NCBI GenBank assembly: GCA_964486065.1
Contig: CAZAKN010000001.1
Span: 157,640 to 221,639 of the forward strand
Origin: an uncultured Gammaproteobacteria bacterium
GTDB taxonomy: Bacteria; Patescibacteriota; Patescibacteriia; UBA11705; JABHMO01
Direction: 5' to 3'
DNA: 64,000 nt
The notes under the pieces are model-generated. The model did not search any database and was not told where the DNA came from. It was given only the letters and a program-made list of their open reading frames with translations. Positions 44,311 to 55,051 of this stretch are shown piece by piece. Within the stretch, counting starts at the first letter, position 1, and the number at the start of each line of letters is the position of its first letter. The translations under genes and the position numbers were made by a program.

Positions 44311-47300
44311 TTACAAATCAAGATCATTGCAGTCAAACCCGTCAATGGTAACCGCGGCCTTGGTTTGGAAACCTTCCTGAATGGAATAGGGCGTTCCTCC
44401 ACCCAGTTCCACATTGGTCACATTGGTGACCATGCCGTTGTTTTCCGGCCAGGCCAGCCAATCCGTCTCATTGTGGCAATTGTATTCCAGCCACGGGGTT
44501 TCGGTATCTTCATGGTTGCCCCAGACACAGACATCCCGCAAGGAGACAGTCTTAGTGCCGGAGACTTCCGGATCCGAATCCCAGATGTTATCGCCCGTAC
44601 CGAGCTTACCCCATACCAAGTACAAAGTATTGTCGACTGGACAAGTAAAGTGGACGGTCAAGCATCCTTCATCGGTGCGACCGTCGCAGTCATTATCTTC
44701 TCCATCGCAGACTTCCACACCGGGATTAACCGGCGAACAAGCATACTCGCAACCGTTGCGGGGATTTTCGTCAACATCGTAATATCCGCTATTGCAGACA
44801 TCGGGCTGACAACTCCCCTCCTGACACGAGTAGTTCGCGACATTGAGGTACTGCAGATAGGAACAGCTGTTGCCACAGGCGCCACAATGGTTACGGTCAG
44901 TTTGAAGATCAAAGCCTTCATCAACCTCACCGTTACAATCATTGTCCACACCGTCGCAAGCTTCGGTTCCGCCGTTGGTCATGCCACAGGGACCGTATTC
45001 ACAGCCATCCTCGTCATTTCCATTGGCGTCGTAGTAACCGCTGACGCAACTGTTCACCCGACACACACCGCTAACACAACCGGTGGCGGAAGTGTTTTGT
45101 AGCAAAGTGTTGCAGTCATTACCGCAACCGCCACAATTGGCTTCATCCGTGGACTTATTAAAGGTCTCGTCCACCTGACCGTCGCAGTCATCGTCCAAAT
45201 CATTGCAGACTTCCGAGGTCAACGGCATAACCGCGTCCTCACAATCTCCCCAAGTAAAGCCATCCAGACAAACTTGAGTACCAAACTCGCAAATGCCTTG
45301 CTCATTGGCGGGTCCGCAATCACGAACCGCTCCGGCCTGACAAATACAGCCTTCATCCGTCGTCCCGTCGCAATCGTTGTCCACGCCGTCGCAACTTTCC
45401 ACGACCGACATGTCTTCCGATCTTCCGGGCATGGTGGAGCAGGCGTAATCATTCAGACCATCGCACTCAATCACACCAGGTCCGGCGCAAGCACCAAGAC
45501 CGTAACAAAGCGCGCCAACGAAATAATCTTCGTCGGTTTGTCCGTCAAGGTCGTTGTCCTTACCATCGCATAGTTCGGATGCGCCCGGATAAACCGAACT
45601 GTCATTGTCGACCGTATCTCCTTCGCAAATCCGAACTCCATCTTCATCGGAGTCGTTTTCGTTCACGGGAACGGAACCGTCGCAGTCGTCATCCAAACCG
45701 TTGCACAGCTCAGTGGCTTCCGGCATGATCGCATCGAGGCAATCACCCCAGGACATACCGTCCGGCGAACAAGTCTGCGTTCCAAAAACGCAAATCCCTT
45801 GTTCATTGGCGGATCCACAATCGCGAGTTTCGCCGGCTACGCAGGTACAACCTTCGTTCACCGAGCCATCGCAATCATCGTCCAAACTGTTACCACAGCT
45901 TTCCACGCCGGACATATCTTCCGATCCGCCGGGCATGGTGGAACAACGATAGGTGTTGAAAGTAGCGCACTCAATAGTGCCAGCTCCGCAAACACCGATA
46001 CCGTTACAGCTGGCACCGATAAAGAAGTCTTCATCCACCATCCCGTCGCAATCGTTGTCTTGGCCATCGCAGAGTTCCGCGTTACCGGGGAAATTATCCG
46101 GATCCAAGTCATCGCAATCATTATCGCAAACCTTGATTCCGTCTTCATCCTCATCCGCTTCCTCCGCGGGGATAACACCGTCGCAGTCATCATCCAAACC
46201 GTTGCAAGATTCCGCTTCGGCCGGTTCAACCGCTCCGACGCATTCCAACCACGATTTGCCGTCTTCGGCGCAGGTTTCCAAGCCATACTCGCAAGCTCCG
46301 ACATCGGTCGTACCGCATTGGCGAGTGACGCCTGCCACACAAACACACTCGGCATCGTTGATATCAACTAAGCCGTCGCAGTCATCGTCCAATCTGTTAC
46401 CACAAACTTCTTCGGAAGAAGCATCCGCGGAGCCACCGGGCATGGTATCGCACATTACGGTCGTCGTGGTGGCGCATTCCAATACGCCGACACCGCAAGC
46501 ACCCACGCCTTGGCAGGCATTACCGACACCGAACGACTCGTCCACCTGCTCATCGCAGTTGTTATCCAGTCCATCGCAGATTTCAAGCGACAAGGGATTG
46601 ATGGTGGCTTCAGCGTCATTGCAGTCTCCCGCGCAAACGCGAACACCATCTTCATCCTCATCCGCTTCTTCCGCGGGAACGGAACCGTCGCAGTCGTCGT
46701 CCAAACCGTTACAAAGCTCGGATTCTTCCGGCATGACCGCTCCGACACATTCACCCCAACCGTCTCCGGCCGGATTACAGGTTTGCACTCCGAACTCGCA
46801 AATGCCTTGATCCGTTTCCGGACCGCATGCGCGAGTGGAAGCCGGACGACAATTGCAATCATCATCGTTCAAATCAACGAGTCCATCGCAGTCATCATCC
46901 ATACCGTTATCGCAAACTTCCGTGGCGGAAGCATCAGCCGAACCGCCGGGCATGGTATTGCATTGCACGGAATTATCCGTAGCGCATTCCAAAGTCCCCG
47001 GCGTATCACCGCAAGCTCCGATTCCCACGCAAGCCGAGCCGACGAAATATCCTTCGTCCACCTGCTCATCGCAGTTGTTATCAATCCCATCGCAGAGTTC
47101 AAGCGACAAGGGGTTGATGGTGGCTTCAGCGTCATTGCAGTCTCCCGCGCAAACGCGAACACCGTCTTCATCCTCATCCGCTTCCTCCACGGGAATAACA
47201 CCGTCGCAGTCATCATCCAAGCCATTGCAAGATTCCGCTTCGGCCGGTTCAACCGCTCCGACACATTCCAGCCACGATTTGCCGTCTTCGGCGCAGGTTT

Positions 47301-49146
47301 CCACGCCATATTGACACTCACCGACATTGGTCGTGCCACATTGGCGGGTCTGCCCGGGGAAGCAAATGCAACCGTTGTTGACTACACCGTCGCAATCGTC
47401 GTCCAATTCATTGCCACAATCTTCGGCAATGGATTCATCAGCCGAACCTCCCGGTTCAGTGGAGCAACGCGTTTCGGTTTCACCGGCGCATTCCACCACC
47501 CCGACGCCACAAGCGCCGAGACCTTCGCAAGGCTCGCCAATCCCGAATCCCTCGTCAATCTGATCGTCGCAGTTATTATCCACGCCGTCACAGATTTCCA
47601 AGACATCGGGGTTGATGGTCGCCAAAGCGTCATCGCAATCACCTTCACAGATGCGGAAACCGTCTTCGTCCTCATCCGCTTCGTTGGCCGGGATTTGATC
47701 ATCACAATTGTTATCCAGCCCGTCGCAGATTTCCTCCGCTTCCGGATGGATCAACTTGTTCAGATCATTGCATTCCTCGCAAGCCAGAAATCCGTCTTGA
47801 TCAAGGTCAACTTCCGTTTCCAGCTTTTCGCCGTCACAGTTATTGTCCTTGCCGTCGCAAATTTCTTCGGCTTCCGGGAAAACAGCCGGATCCTGATCAT
47901 CGCAGTCTCCCGCGCAATTCAGGATGCCGTCCTCGTCTTGATCAACTTCATCCTCCGGCACTTGGCCGTCGCAGTCGTCGTCAAGACCATTGCATTCCTC
48001 GGCTTCCAAAGCCTGGCTTTCGGAGCCACCGGGCATGGTGGAGCAAATGACTTGCTCGGCATTGTCGGGATCGCATTCGTAAACGCCTTCACCGCAAATA
48101 CCTTGACCGGTGCAAACCTCTCCGACTTCATAGTCTTCGTCGGTTTCACCGTCGCAATCATTGTCCTTACCGTCGCACAGTTCAGCTTCGGCGGGCATAA
48201 CCGCGCCTTCACACTCACCCCATTCCCAAGTTTGATCCTCGGTTTGGAGGCAAGTCTGAATACCGAATTCGCATTCCCCTTCTGCAGTCTCGGGACCGCA
48301 ACGCCGAATATCATTCGGCTGACAAGTGCACTCTTCCTCGTCGGTTTCACCGTCGCAATCATTGTCGCGATCGTCCTCGCAAATCTCCGTCGGATTATCA
48401 GGATCGTCCACATAGCAGACATCCTCACCTTCCGGATATTCGCATCCGTCTTCCGGATCCAGATTGGCATCATGCTTACCACTTTCACAAGCGGTAATCT
48501 CGCACAAGCCTTCTTCGCAAACAAATTCTGCGACTTGCAGACCATCAAACTCAGCCTGACAGCTGTAGCCACATTCTCCGCAGTTTTCCGGATCCTCGGC
48601 CAGATTAAACTCTTCGTCAATCTCGCCATCGCAATCATTGTCCACGCCGTCACAGGTTTCCGTCTCCGGATCCACATTGCCTATGCAATTGGTCCATTGA
48701 CCCTGTTCATCGCAAACACGAAACCCCATTTTGCAAGGGGAAGTGTTTTCCGCGTCGGCGGAACCGCATTCCTCTCGCTCTCCGGGCGAACACTGTCCAT
48801 CCGGAATCACTTCGTCTTCATCACCATCCACCAAGTCGGCATAATCAAGCCAACCATCGTAGAGACAGTAACTGCCTCTACAACTGAAACCGGGTTCGGA
48901 ATAAACATCCAATCCCGCTCTCAGGCAATCTTGATCGGTTTCGCAACCGGTCACGATACAAGTTCCTGACAAGCAAGACGCCTGACTGATGGTACAGTCC
49001 GACGGCGTATCGCACTTCTCCGGGAAATTGACGAGTCCGGATTGATCTCCGTCCTCATCCGCTTTTTTCCCGCCGTTGCCGTCATCACATCCGGCGCCAT
49101 ACAGCGCGAAAAGCGTGATGAAAAAAATGGCCATCAATTGCTTCAT
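44311..49146 (-). CDS. L1: large Cys-rich lipoprotein (about 1611 aa) with MopE-like CDGxDNDCDG repeats
   Basis: LYGAGC lipobox; about 20 ExC(D/N)GxDxDCDG repeats; DxxNCGxCG motifs; AAGGAG SD. Confidence 0.88.
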   Translation of the reverse strand: MKQLMAIFFITLFALYGAGCDDGNGGKKADEDGDQSGLVNFPEKCDTPSDCTISQASCLSGTCIVTGCETDQDCLRAGLDVYSEPGFSCRGSYCLYDGWLDYADLVDGDEDEVIPDGQCSPGEREECGSADAENTSPCKMGFRVCDEQGQWTNCIGNVDPETETCDGVDNDCDGEIDEEFNLAEDPENCGECGYSCQAEFDGLQVAEFVCEEGLCEITACESGKHDANLDPEDGCEYPEGEDVCYVDDPDNPTEICEDDRDNDCDGETDEEECTCQPNDIRRCGPETAEGECEFGIQTCLQTEDQTWEWGECEGAVMPAEAELCDGKDNDCDGETDEDYEVGEVCTGQGICGEGVYECDPDNAEQVICSTMPGGSESQALEAEECNGLDDDCDGQVPEDEVDQDEDGILNCAGDCDDQDPAVFPEAEEICDGKDNNCDGEKLETEVDLDQDGFLACEECNDLNKLIHPEAEEICDGLDNNCDDQIPANEADEDEDGFRICEGDCDDALATINPDVLEICDGVDNNCDDQIDEGFGIGEPCEGLGACGVGVVECAGETETRCSTEPGGSADESIAEDCGNELDDDCDGVVNNGCICFPGQTRQCGTTNVGECQYGVETCAEDGKSWLECVGAVEPAEAESCNGLDDDCDGVIPVEEADEDEDGVRVCAGDCNDAEATINPLSLELCDGIDNNCDEQVDEGYFVGSACVGIGACGDTPGTLECATDNSVQCNTMPGGSADASATEVCDNGMDDDCDGLVDLNDDDCNCRPASTRACGPETDQGICEFGVQTCNPAGDGWGECVGAVMPEESELCNGLDDDCDGSVPAEEADEDEDGVRVCAGDCNDAEATINPLSLEICDGLDNNCDEQVDESFGVGNACQGVGACGVGVLECATTTTVMCDTMPGGSADASSEEVCGNRLDDDCDGLVDINDAECVCVAGVTRQCGTTDVGACEYGLETCAEDGKSWLECVGAVEPAEAESCNGLDDDCDGVIPAEEADEDEDGIKVCDNDCDDLDPDNFPGNAELCDGQDNDCDGMVDEDFFIGASCNGIGVCGAGTIECATFNTYRCSTMPGGSEDMSGVESCGNSLDDDCDGSVNEGCTCVAGETRDCGSANEQGICVFGTQTCSPDGMSWGDCLDAIMPEATELCNGLDDDCDGSVPVNENDSDEDGVRICEGDTVDNDSSVYPGASELCDGKDNDLDGQTDEDYFVGALCYGLGACAGPGVIECDGLNDYACSTMPGRSEDMSVVESCDGVDNDCDGTTDEGCICQAGAVRDCGPANEQGICEFGTQVCLDGFTWGDCEDAVMPLTSEVCNDLDDDCDGQVDETFNKSTDEANCGGCGNDCNTLLQNTSATGCVSGVCRVNSCVSGYYDANGNDEDGCEYGPCGMTNGGTEACDGVDNDCNGEVDEGFDLQTDRNHCGACGNSCSYLQYLNVANYSCQEGSCQPDVCNSGYYDVDENPRNGCEYACSPVNPGVEVCDGEDNDCDGRTDEGCLTVHFTCPVDNTLYLVWGKLGTGDNIWDSDPEVSGTKTVSLRDVCVWGNHEDTETPWLEYNCHNETDWLAWPENNGMVTNVTNVELGGGTPYSIQEGFQTKAAVTIDGFDCNDLDL
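46139..47303 (-). repeat. Near-identical internal repeats in L1
   Basis: 46139-46280 vs 47162-47303 (offset 1023); 46541-46668 vs 47057-47184 (offset 516). Confidence 0.85.
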
Positions 49147-49357
49147 GATTCTCTCCTTTGTTGTCCCCAAAAATTTTGGGGAGATTTAGGAAAACAGTAA
49201 AAGTAAACAAATTGTCAAACTTCACAAACTCTCATTCAAGGGGTTTTACAAATGAACAAATACTTTATTCATTCATAAAAATCCTTGAAGATCATACCTG
49301 CAACTTACCACGATTACTAATAAAAATAAATATTAAGACACAATTTGCAGACATTTA

Positions 49358-49386
49358 ATTTTAGCAAAAATAAGAACTTTTGTCAA
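49358..49386 (-). promoter_or_regulatory. sigma70 promoter of L1
   Basis: TTGACA-N17-TAAAAT. Confidence 0.7.
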
Positions 49387-49426
49387 GTGTTGTTATTTAC
49401 ACATTTTTAGCTAATTTTAAATAAAA

Positions 49427-49455
49427 ATTCCCCGAGACTGATAGTCTCGGGGAAT
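49427..49455 (-). terminator. Terminator of L2
   Basis: attccccgagact-gat-agtctcggggaat. Confidence 0.8.
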
Positions 49456-49462
49456 GATGAGT

Positions 49463-51400
49463 TTAAGGGGTTGGTAATTTTACCCAAATCCCTCTGTCAA
49501 CGCGGGGGTCATCAACGATTTCCTCCGCATTGACCCGGTCTCCATTGTCTTTTCGGTAAAATACCTCCTGAACATGGAAACCCGTCCTCTGGAAGTTGAA
49601 ATGGCTGGAGAAGTGTACTTCAACATACACCACTCCCCCCGAAACATCCTCCAAGTTGAGAGGAATCTGGAAGCTTTTCCCATCTTCCATAATAGGAATA
49701 CCGTCATACATAACAGCATCCCCATCTTGGTTAAAATGGGAAATCACGCCCCTGAGCATTCCTTCCGGAAGACCATCAGGAATATCTCTCATGACAACTC
49801 CGATATTTCCCGAAAGAGGGAAATTATCGGCGACGGGTTGCTCCTCCTCTGAGGCACCATCGTCACCATCGGAATCATCACCATCCTCGTCGTCTTCCTG
49901 CTCGTCGCCATCTGAGATATCGCCATCTTCTTGATCAACCACTTGCTGACAAGTGGTTTCCTCAAAAGTGGCAACAAATCCCAATCCGTGAACATGGTTG
50001 ATGTTTTCCACATCCACGGAAAGAGGACATTCTTCATGAACGAACATTACCTCTTGCAACTGAACGGCTTGAGGATCTGACCAGTTCTCTTGGTCATACA
50101 GCGCGTCAAACCAAATTCTTTTTTGGATAACGCGGCTAAGATCCAGCGACAAAGAGACACATCCGTCTCCATCCAATGCCAACCGGACTTCCTGTTCTCC
50201 ATTGTCAGAAATATATCTGACGGAGACATTATTACAGGAGTGCGGTCCACAGTGGCTCCAAACGGCGCAAATCGTGAGCTCTCCAGCTCCACTTTCATAA
50301 ACATCCTGTTCATCGCCGTCGGTATCGCCATCTTCATCATCGCCGTCCGTGTCGTCGTCTTCATCATCGCCGTCGGTGTCACCATCGGTATCGCCATCCA
50401 TGTCACCGTCTTCATCATCGCCGTCGGTATCACCATCGGTATCGCCATCCATGTCGCCATCTTCATCATCGCCGTCTTCTTGAGGCCGTTCACCTTCCAA
50501 GCAAACGCCTTGGTCACACCAGTAACCATTCCGGCAATCAAAGTCATCCTGACAAGTGGCGAGACATTCACCTTCCTCGCAGACTTCGTTGTCCGCGCAT
50601 AGGGATTTGAACTCGCAGAGATTTCCTTCTCCGCACCTTGCCTCATAGCAAGTACCGAGTTCCATCCCTTCCGGGGGAGTCAAGCACTCGTGATCGTATG
50701 TGCAGGACTGCTTTCCGGCACAACGACCGGTGTGCAGATCGCAATACTGGCTGTTCAGACAAGACTCGGGGATTTCCTCCCCCGTCTCATCCGTACATGG
50801 CGCGTACTGCAAACATGCACCCTCATCTCCACAGTAGAAACCGTGGAGGCAGTCCTCATAACTTCCACATGCATTTGCCTCTTCGCAAATGTTTTCCCTA
50901 CGGTCACACTGCTCCGTCAAGAAACAGTCAGTGTGCTCGCCACAACGACCTTCTTGCCATTGCGTCACGCATTCTTCATGAATGCATACATATTCCTGAC
51001 CTTCCTGCTCAGGCTCACCACAGTCGGAGGCTTCCTCGCACTCCGGCTCATACACGACACAAGTACCCATATAGCAGTACTTGCCCTCGGCGCAATCACG
51101 ATTACTGCGACAAGTTTCGTCGCCATCCGTGATGTCGTCGCCATCCGTGTCGCCGTCGGTCGGCTCATCCCCATCGGAGATGTCGCCGTCCGTGTCGCCG
51201 TCGGTCGTGGAAATCTGCTCAGCGCAGAATCCCGCACTCGTGCAGTACTGCCACCGCGCGCAATCGGCGTCGGTTTCGCACTGCGTTTCTTTGGCGTCCG
51301 AGGATTCTTCTTCCTCGGCTTTTTTCTTGTCGCCACAACCGGCAACAAAACCCGCGAAAGCCACCATCAGCATAAGCGCAAAAATCAGGTTCTTCTTCAT
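49463..51400 (-). CDS. L2: Cys-rich lipoprotein with DGD linkers (645 aa)
   Basis: FVAGC lipobox; CxxDxxC...C repeats; C-terminal DDPRVDRG domain. Confidence 0.85.
   Translation of the reverse strand: MKKNLIFALMLMVAFAGFVAGCGDKKKAEEEESSDAKETQCETDADCARWQYCTSAGFCAEQISTTDGDTDGDISDGDEPTDGDTDGDDITDGDETCRSNRDCAEGKYCYMGTCVVYEPECEEASDCGEPEQEGQEYVCIHEECVTQWQEGRCGEHTDCFLTEQCDRRENICEEANACGSYEDCLHGFYCGDEGACLQYAPCTDETGEEIPESCLNSQYCDLHTGRCAGKQSCTYDHECLTPPEGMELGTCYEARCGEGNLCEFKSLCADNEVCEEGECLATCQDDFDCRNGYWCDQGVCLEGERPQEDGDDEDGDMDGDTDGDTDGDDEDGDMDGDTDGDTDGDDEDDDTDGDDEDGDTDGDEQDVYESGAGELTICAVWSHCGPHSCNNVSVRYISDNGEQEVRLALDGDGCVSLSLDLSRVIQKRIWFDALYDQENWSDPQAVQLQEVMFVHEECPLSVDVENINHVHGLGFVATFEETTCQQVVDQEDGDISDGDEQEDDEDGDDSDGDDGASEEEQPVADNFPLSGNIGVVMRDIPDGLPEGMLRGVISHFNQDGDAVMYDGIPIMEDGKSFQIPLNLEDVSGGVVYVEVHFSSHFNFQRTGFHVQEVFYRKDNGDRVNAEEIVDDPRVDRGIWVKLPTP
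50311..50478 (-). repeat. DGD-coding tandem repeat (51-bp unit DGDDEDGDMDGDTDGDT plus sub-repeats)
   Basis: Direct inspection of DNA and protein. Confidence 0.8.
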
Positions 51401-51480
51401 TACTCTGTCTCCTTGCGGGCAACCATGCCCGCTGCTGTTAAGGTTTTTCCGAAATGAAATTTCTGAAAGAACGATATATT

Positions 51481-51509
51481 ATTCTATCAAATTTTGGCAT
51501 TTTTGTCAA
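51481..51509 (-). promoter_or_regulatory. sigma70 promoter of L2
   Basis: TTGACA-N17-TAGAAT. Confidence 0.75.
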
Positions 51510-51561
51510 TAGTACTTAGCAAAATTAGTGCATTTGGAAATTTTTGCCTAAATTTAAACAA

Positions 51562-51588
51562 AAACCCGTGCGTTTTACGCACGGGTTT
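51562..51588 (-). terminator. Terminator of L3
   Basis: aaacccgtgcgt-ttt-acgcacgggttt. Confidence 0.8.
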
Positions 51589-51595
51589 GAATTAT

Positions 51596-53677
51596 CTAAT
51601 CAAACTCGCAATAGTCCCCTCTATCAACACGATCATCCAAGATCACTTCAGCTTGAATAGTTTCTCCATTCTGCAAGCCATAAATGACCTTAATCGGAGC
51701 TATGCCCGAAGGATTGAAGTTCCAATTTGGAGTGGAGTGTATTTGCACATACACCACACTGCTTAACGCTTGCTCCAAATCCAAATCATGTGAAAAACAC
51801 TTACCGTTGATCGGGATATTGTCATGAATGACAGAATGACCATCCATGTCAAAGTAAGAAAAATATCCCTTCCATCCTTCTTCGTTAATCGGATAACACG
51901 CGATAAGCGTATTCGGAGGAGCGCTCATGGGAAGGTGCTGATCTTCATCGCCGTCTTCAGCGATATCTTCGTCGCCATCCGGCTCCACAGGCTCATGGCA
52001 AGTGAAATCTTCAAACTCCAGAACATAGCCCCATTCGTCCCAAGAATACCGGACATCTTCCGGCGGAACGACAATAACGCAGTCTTCCATACGATATTCA
52101 GCCGACACGATGGTCGGTTTGGGCCAAATCCAGTTGTTCCCCGTATGCGCGTCAAATCTGAAACGCGCATTCCACACATCATCCAAATCCACTTGATGAG
52201 CAAAACAATTTCCTTGTGTCGGAATATCCAACTCCTGTAGCCCCCCCTCATACAAAGTATAAATCAAGGAAACTTGTTCATATTGCGAAAACCTTTCAGA
52301 GGCACAAACACGCAAAACACCATCTTCCCAATCATCGTCTTCAACGAGATCTTCGTCACCATCAACGGTGATATCCTCATCTCCATCTTCAGCGATATCT
52401 TCGTCGCCATCCGGTTCCGGCTCAGGCAAACACTCGCCTTCCTCGCAACCGTAATAGCATGGTTGACTCTCAACCCAACATACACCTTCGACACAATTAG
52501 GCATGTGATGAACCAACATAGCCTCTTGTGAACCGTCGGAGGATGGGACACAGATCCAACTCTCAATGCAGTCCTGATCCGACATGCATTCTGGTTGCGA
52601 ATTGCAAGCTCCGTTGGAGCAACCGAACTCACAAATTTCTATTAGAATGTTGCAGTAATGATCCTCTTGAACACAGACACCGGACGGGTATACCCGAACA
52701 TTTCCTGTCAAACACTCGGCAGGCAAATTTGTTTCCGAGCAATCGTTGTCGGTTTCACAATAATGCCAATCCGCACGATCAGCCCTTACACACCGACCGT
52801 CCTGACAGACATCACCGGTTGACGGATCACCGTCCACACAATCCACATCTATCTCGCACTCGTTGCCGGGAACGCATTCACCATTCTCGCAAATCTCACC
52901 GTCATCACAGTGGTTACGATATTCACAAACAAGATCAGCACAACGATAATCATAACAAGTACCGTAATCCAATCCTTCCGGCAACTCGCTACAATCATTA
53001 TCACTTTCACAAGCGGAAAGTTTTTCGCAACGACCGGTTTCCTGATTACAATATTGCCCGTTAAAGCAGGCTTCCGCGATTTCCACTCCGTCTTCATTAA
53101 CACAAACATTGTATTGTTTGCATTGATTGACTTCCTGGTCGCAAAAATAACCCTCTCTGCAATCAAGATTTTCCTCGCACTCTCGGGCCGATTCGCAAAA
53201 TCCTTGGCGGTTGCATTCTTCGTACGGGAGGCAATCCACATTATTGTGGCATTCACCCGAACCTTCCATGCATTGGCAATCAACGCAATTCAAGTCTTCT
53301 CTGCAATCCTCCGCGGAGCGGCACTCACATTCAGTGCAACGACTCGCGATACAAAGCTCTCCTGTTTTGCATTGGAAATCATAGCGACAATACCCTTGAC
53401 GATTGCTCGGTTCGGGGTCATCACCGTCTTCCACTTGTTCGTCACCATCAGGGCTGATTTCCGCGTCCAGATCACCGTCCACTTGTTCACTCTCCGTCTC
53501 CGGTACGCAGAAACCATCCGCGCAAAAGAATCCATCATCACATTGCTCATCGGACGAGCAGAGACTGATGGTGAACTCTTCGTCACCATCCAAGATTTCA
53601 CTTTTTTTTCCATCCTCACCGCAACCGGCGAAATAGATGGCAAAAAGCAACAGGACAACAAACTTAAACTGTTTCAT
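51596..53677 (-). CDS. L3: Cys-rich lipoprotein with DGD linkers (693 aa), paralog of L2
   Basis: YFAGC lipobox; Cys repeats; C-terminal DDRVDRG domain; promoter TTGCCA-N17-TACAGT (53753-53725). Confidence 0.85.
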   Translation of the reverse strand: MKQFKFVVLLLFAIYFAGCGEDGKKSEILDGDEEFTISLCSSDEQCDDGFFCADGFCVPETESEQVDGDLDAEISPDGDEQVEDGDDPEPSNRQGYCRYDFQCKTGELCIASRCTECECRSAEDCREDLNCVDCQCMEGSGECHNNVDCLPYEECNRQGFCESARECEENLDCREGYFCDQEVNQCKQYNVCVNEDGVEIAEACFNGQYCNQETGRCEKLSACESDNDCSELPEGLDYGTCYDYRCADLVCEYRNHCDDGEICENGECVPGNECEIDVDCVDGDPSTGDVCQDGRCVRADRADWHYCETDNDCSETNLPAECLTGNVRVYPSGVCVQEDHYCNILIEICEFGCSNGACNSQPECMSDQDCIESWICVPSSDGSQEAMLVHHMPNCVEGVCWVESQPCYYGCEEGECLPEPEPDGDEDIAEDGDEDITVDGDEDLVEDDDWEDGVLRVCASERFSQYEQVSLIYTLYEGGLQELDIPTQGNCFAHQVDLDDVWNARFRFDAHTGNNWIWPKPTIVSAEYRMEDCVIVVPPEDVRYSWDEWGYVLEFEDFTCHEPVEPDGDEDIAEDGDEDQHLPMSAPPNTLIACYPINEEGWKGYFSYFDMDGHSVIHDNIPINGKCFSHDLDLEQALSSVVYVQIHSTPNWNFNPSGIAPIKVIYGLQNGETIQAEVILDDRVDRGDYCEFD

Positions 53678-53789
53678 GATATTCTCCTTTTTTTTGATTG
53701 TTTAAAGGAACAAACTAACATTATACTGTAACAAATTTTTAATCTTTTGGCAAGTGCCAAAGGTGATTAATTAAAACACAATAATTAAA

Positions 53790-53816
53790 AAACCATGCGG
53801 TCAGACCGCATGGTTT
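53790..53816 (-). terminator. Terminator of L4
   Basis: aaaccatgcggtc-a-gaccgcatggttt. Confidence 0.78.
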
Positions 53817-53822
53817 GTTTTT

Positions 53823-54857
53823 TTAAAAGATGCAATAAACCCCTCTATCAACGCGAGGGTCATCCGTGAGCTCCCCAACCTTAACGGAATTTCCGTCATT
53901 GGTCTGAACCTTCATGACGGGAATTCCGGTTCTACGATAGTTGTACTTGGCTCCTTGGTGGAGCTCCACATAAACAGCTCCGTCCAAGGCTTCTTCCAAA
54001 AAGAATGGAAACGAAAATTTGTTTCCATCCAATGGGATACCATCATACTGAACCGAATCCCCATTCATGTCAAAGTACGAAAAGTACCCTGCATAGGCAC
54101 CCGGTGGAGTATCACAAGGCAAATCCACCCAAACCTCTATCTCGTAGAGGTCTGTCCAGTTGCCCGGTTCAGGCCAACAGGCCAACGATTCTCCCGAATC
54201 CCCCGGATCTTCTTCCTCGTCAGTCGCCGGTTCTTCACCGGGATCATCCATTTCTTCGCCCGGGTCCTCTTCGGGATCCTCACCGGGCTCTTCCTCGTCT
54301 TCCGGATCATCCAGATTCTCACCGGCGGTATCCTGGTCTTCCCAGTCTTCCACCGGTTCCTCGCCTTCCGGCTCGGAACTGTCACCGGGCATATCACCGT
54401 CTTCGGGTTCATCACCATCGGGAATATCGCCGTCTTCAACGGCGTTGCCCCAGCCACGAGGCAATTCGCTTTCATCCACGCAGGTACCGAGGATTTGCTC
54501 CTCTCCCAGCCCGGATTTTCCCTTCAAGGACATCTGGAACTTTTCTTCCAGATTGTCCACGCAGACCATGCCGGCGGGGCATTCGGTGATGACGACAGGC
54601 GGATCCTGGAAATGGATCACGCCGTTCATGTCTCTGCCATATTCCATACGGCAGATTTCGGGAACGCAACGCCGCCCCTCGTATCCATCGTAAAAACCTT
54701 CCAGACATATCCAGCCCGGAAGCTCACATTCCGCGTCGGTGAAACACGTCTGCGGACCATCATCCGTGGAGATCGTCCCCATGTCCACCTCGGTGGCACA
54801 ACCGGTAGCAAACATGAGCATTGTAATTATACACACAATAACTTTAACTTTCTTCAT
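53823..54857 (-). CDS. L4: chimeric lipoprotein (N-domain like L5/L6, C-domain like L2/L3)
   Basis: FATGC lipobox; RGWGNAVEDGD linker; DDPRVDRG end; promoter TTGACA-N17-TAATTT (54968-54940). Confidence 0.85.
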   Translation of the reverse strand: MKKVKVIVCIITMLMFATGCATEVDMGTISTDDGPQTCFTDAECELPGWICLEGFYDGYEGRRCVPEICRMEYGRDMNGVIHFQDPPVVITECPAGMVCVDNLEEKFQMSLKGKSGLGEEQILGTCVDESELPRGWGNAVEDGDIPDGDEPEDGDMPGDSSEPEGEEPVEDWEDQDTAGENLDDPEDEEEPGEDPEEDPGEEMDDPGEEPATDEEEDPGDSGESLACWPEPGNWTDLYEIEVWVDLPCDTPPGAYAGYFSYFDMNGDSVQYDGIPLDGNKFSFPFFLEEALDGAVYVELHQGAKYNYRRTGIPVMKVQTNDGNSVKVGELTDDPRVDRGVYCIF

Positions 54858-55015
54858 TATTCTCTCCTTTGTTTGTCCCCCCAAAATTTAGGGGGAAGTT
54901 GAAGTTCTTTGCTTTTTTCAAAGAGCAATTTGATGTTTAAAATTAACAAATTTTTTAATCTTTGTCAATAGCCATTGATTATTCCTTGAAATATCACCTA
55001 AATTTAAATAAAAAA

Positions 55016-55039
55016 GCTCCGTTGGATTTCCAACGGAGC
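55016..55039 (-). terminator. Terminator of L5
   Basis: gctccgttgga-tt-tccaacggagc. Confidence 0.78.
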
Positions 55040-55051
55040 GTTGTTTTTTTG

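Noticed and set aside
46510-48969. 819-aa plus-strand ORF and many other antisense ORFs over 44-57 kb
   Set aside because: Shadow frames of GC-rich repetitive Asp/Cys/Gly-coding genes; no SD or promoter, and implausible composition
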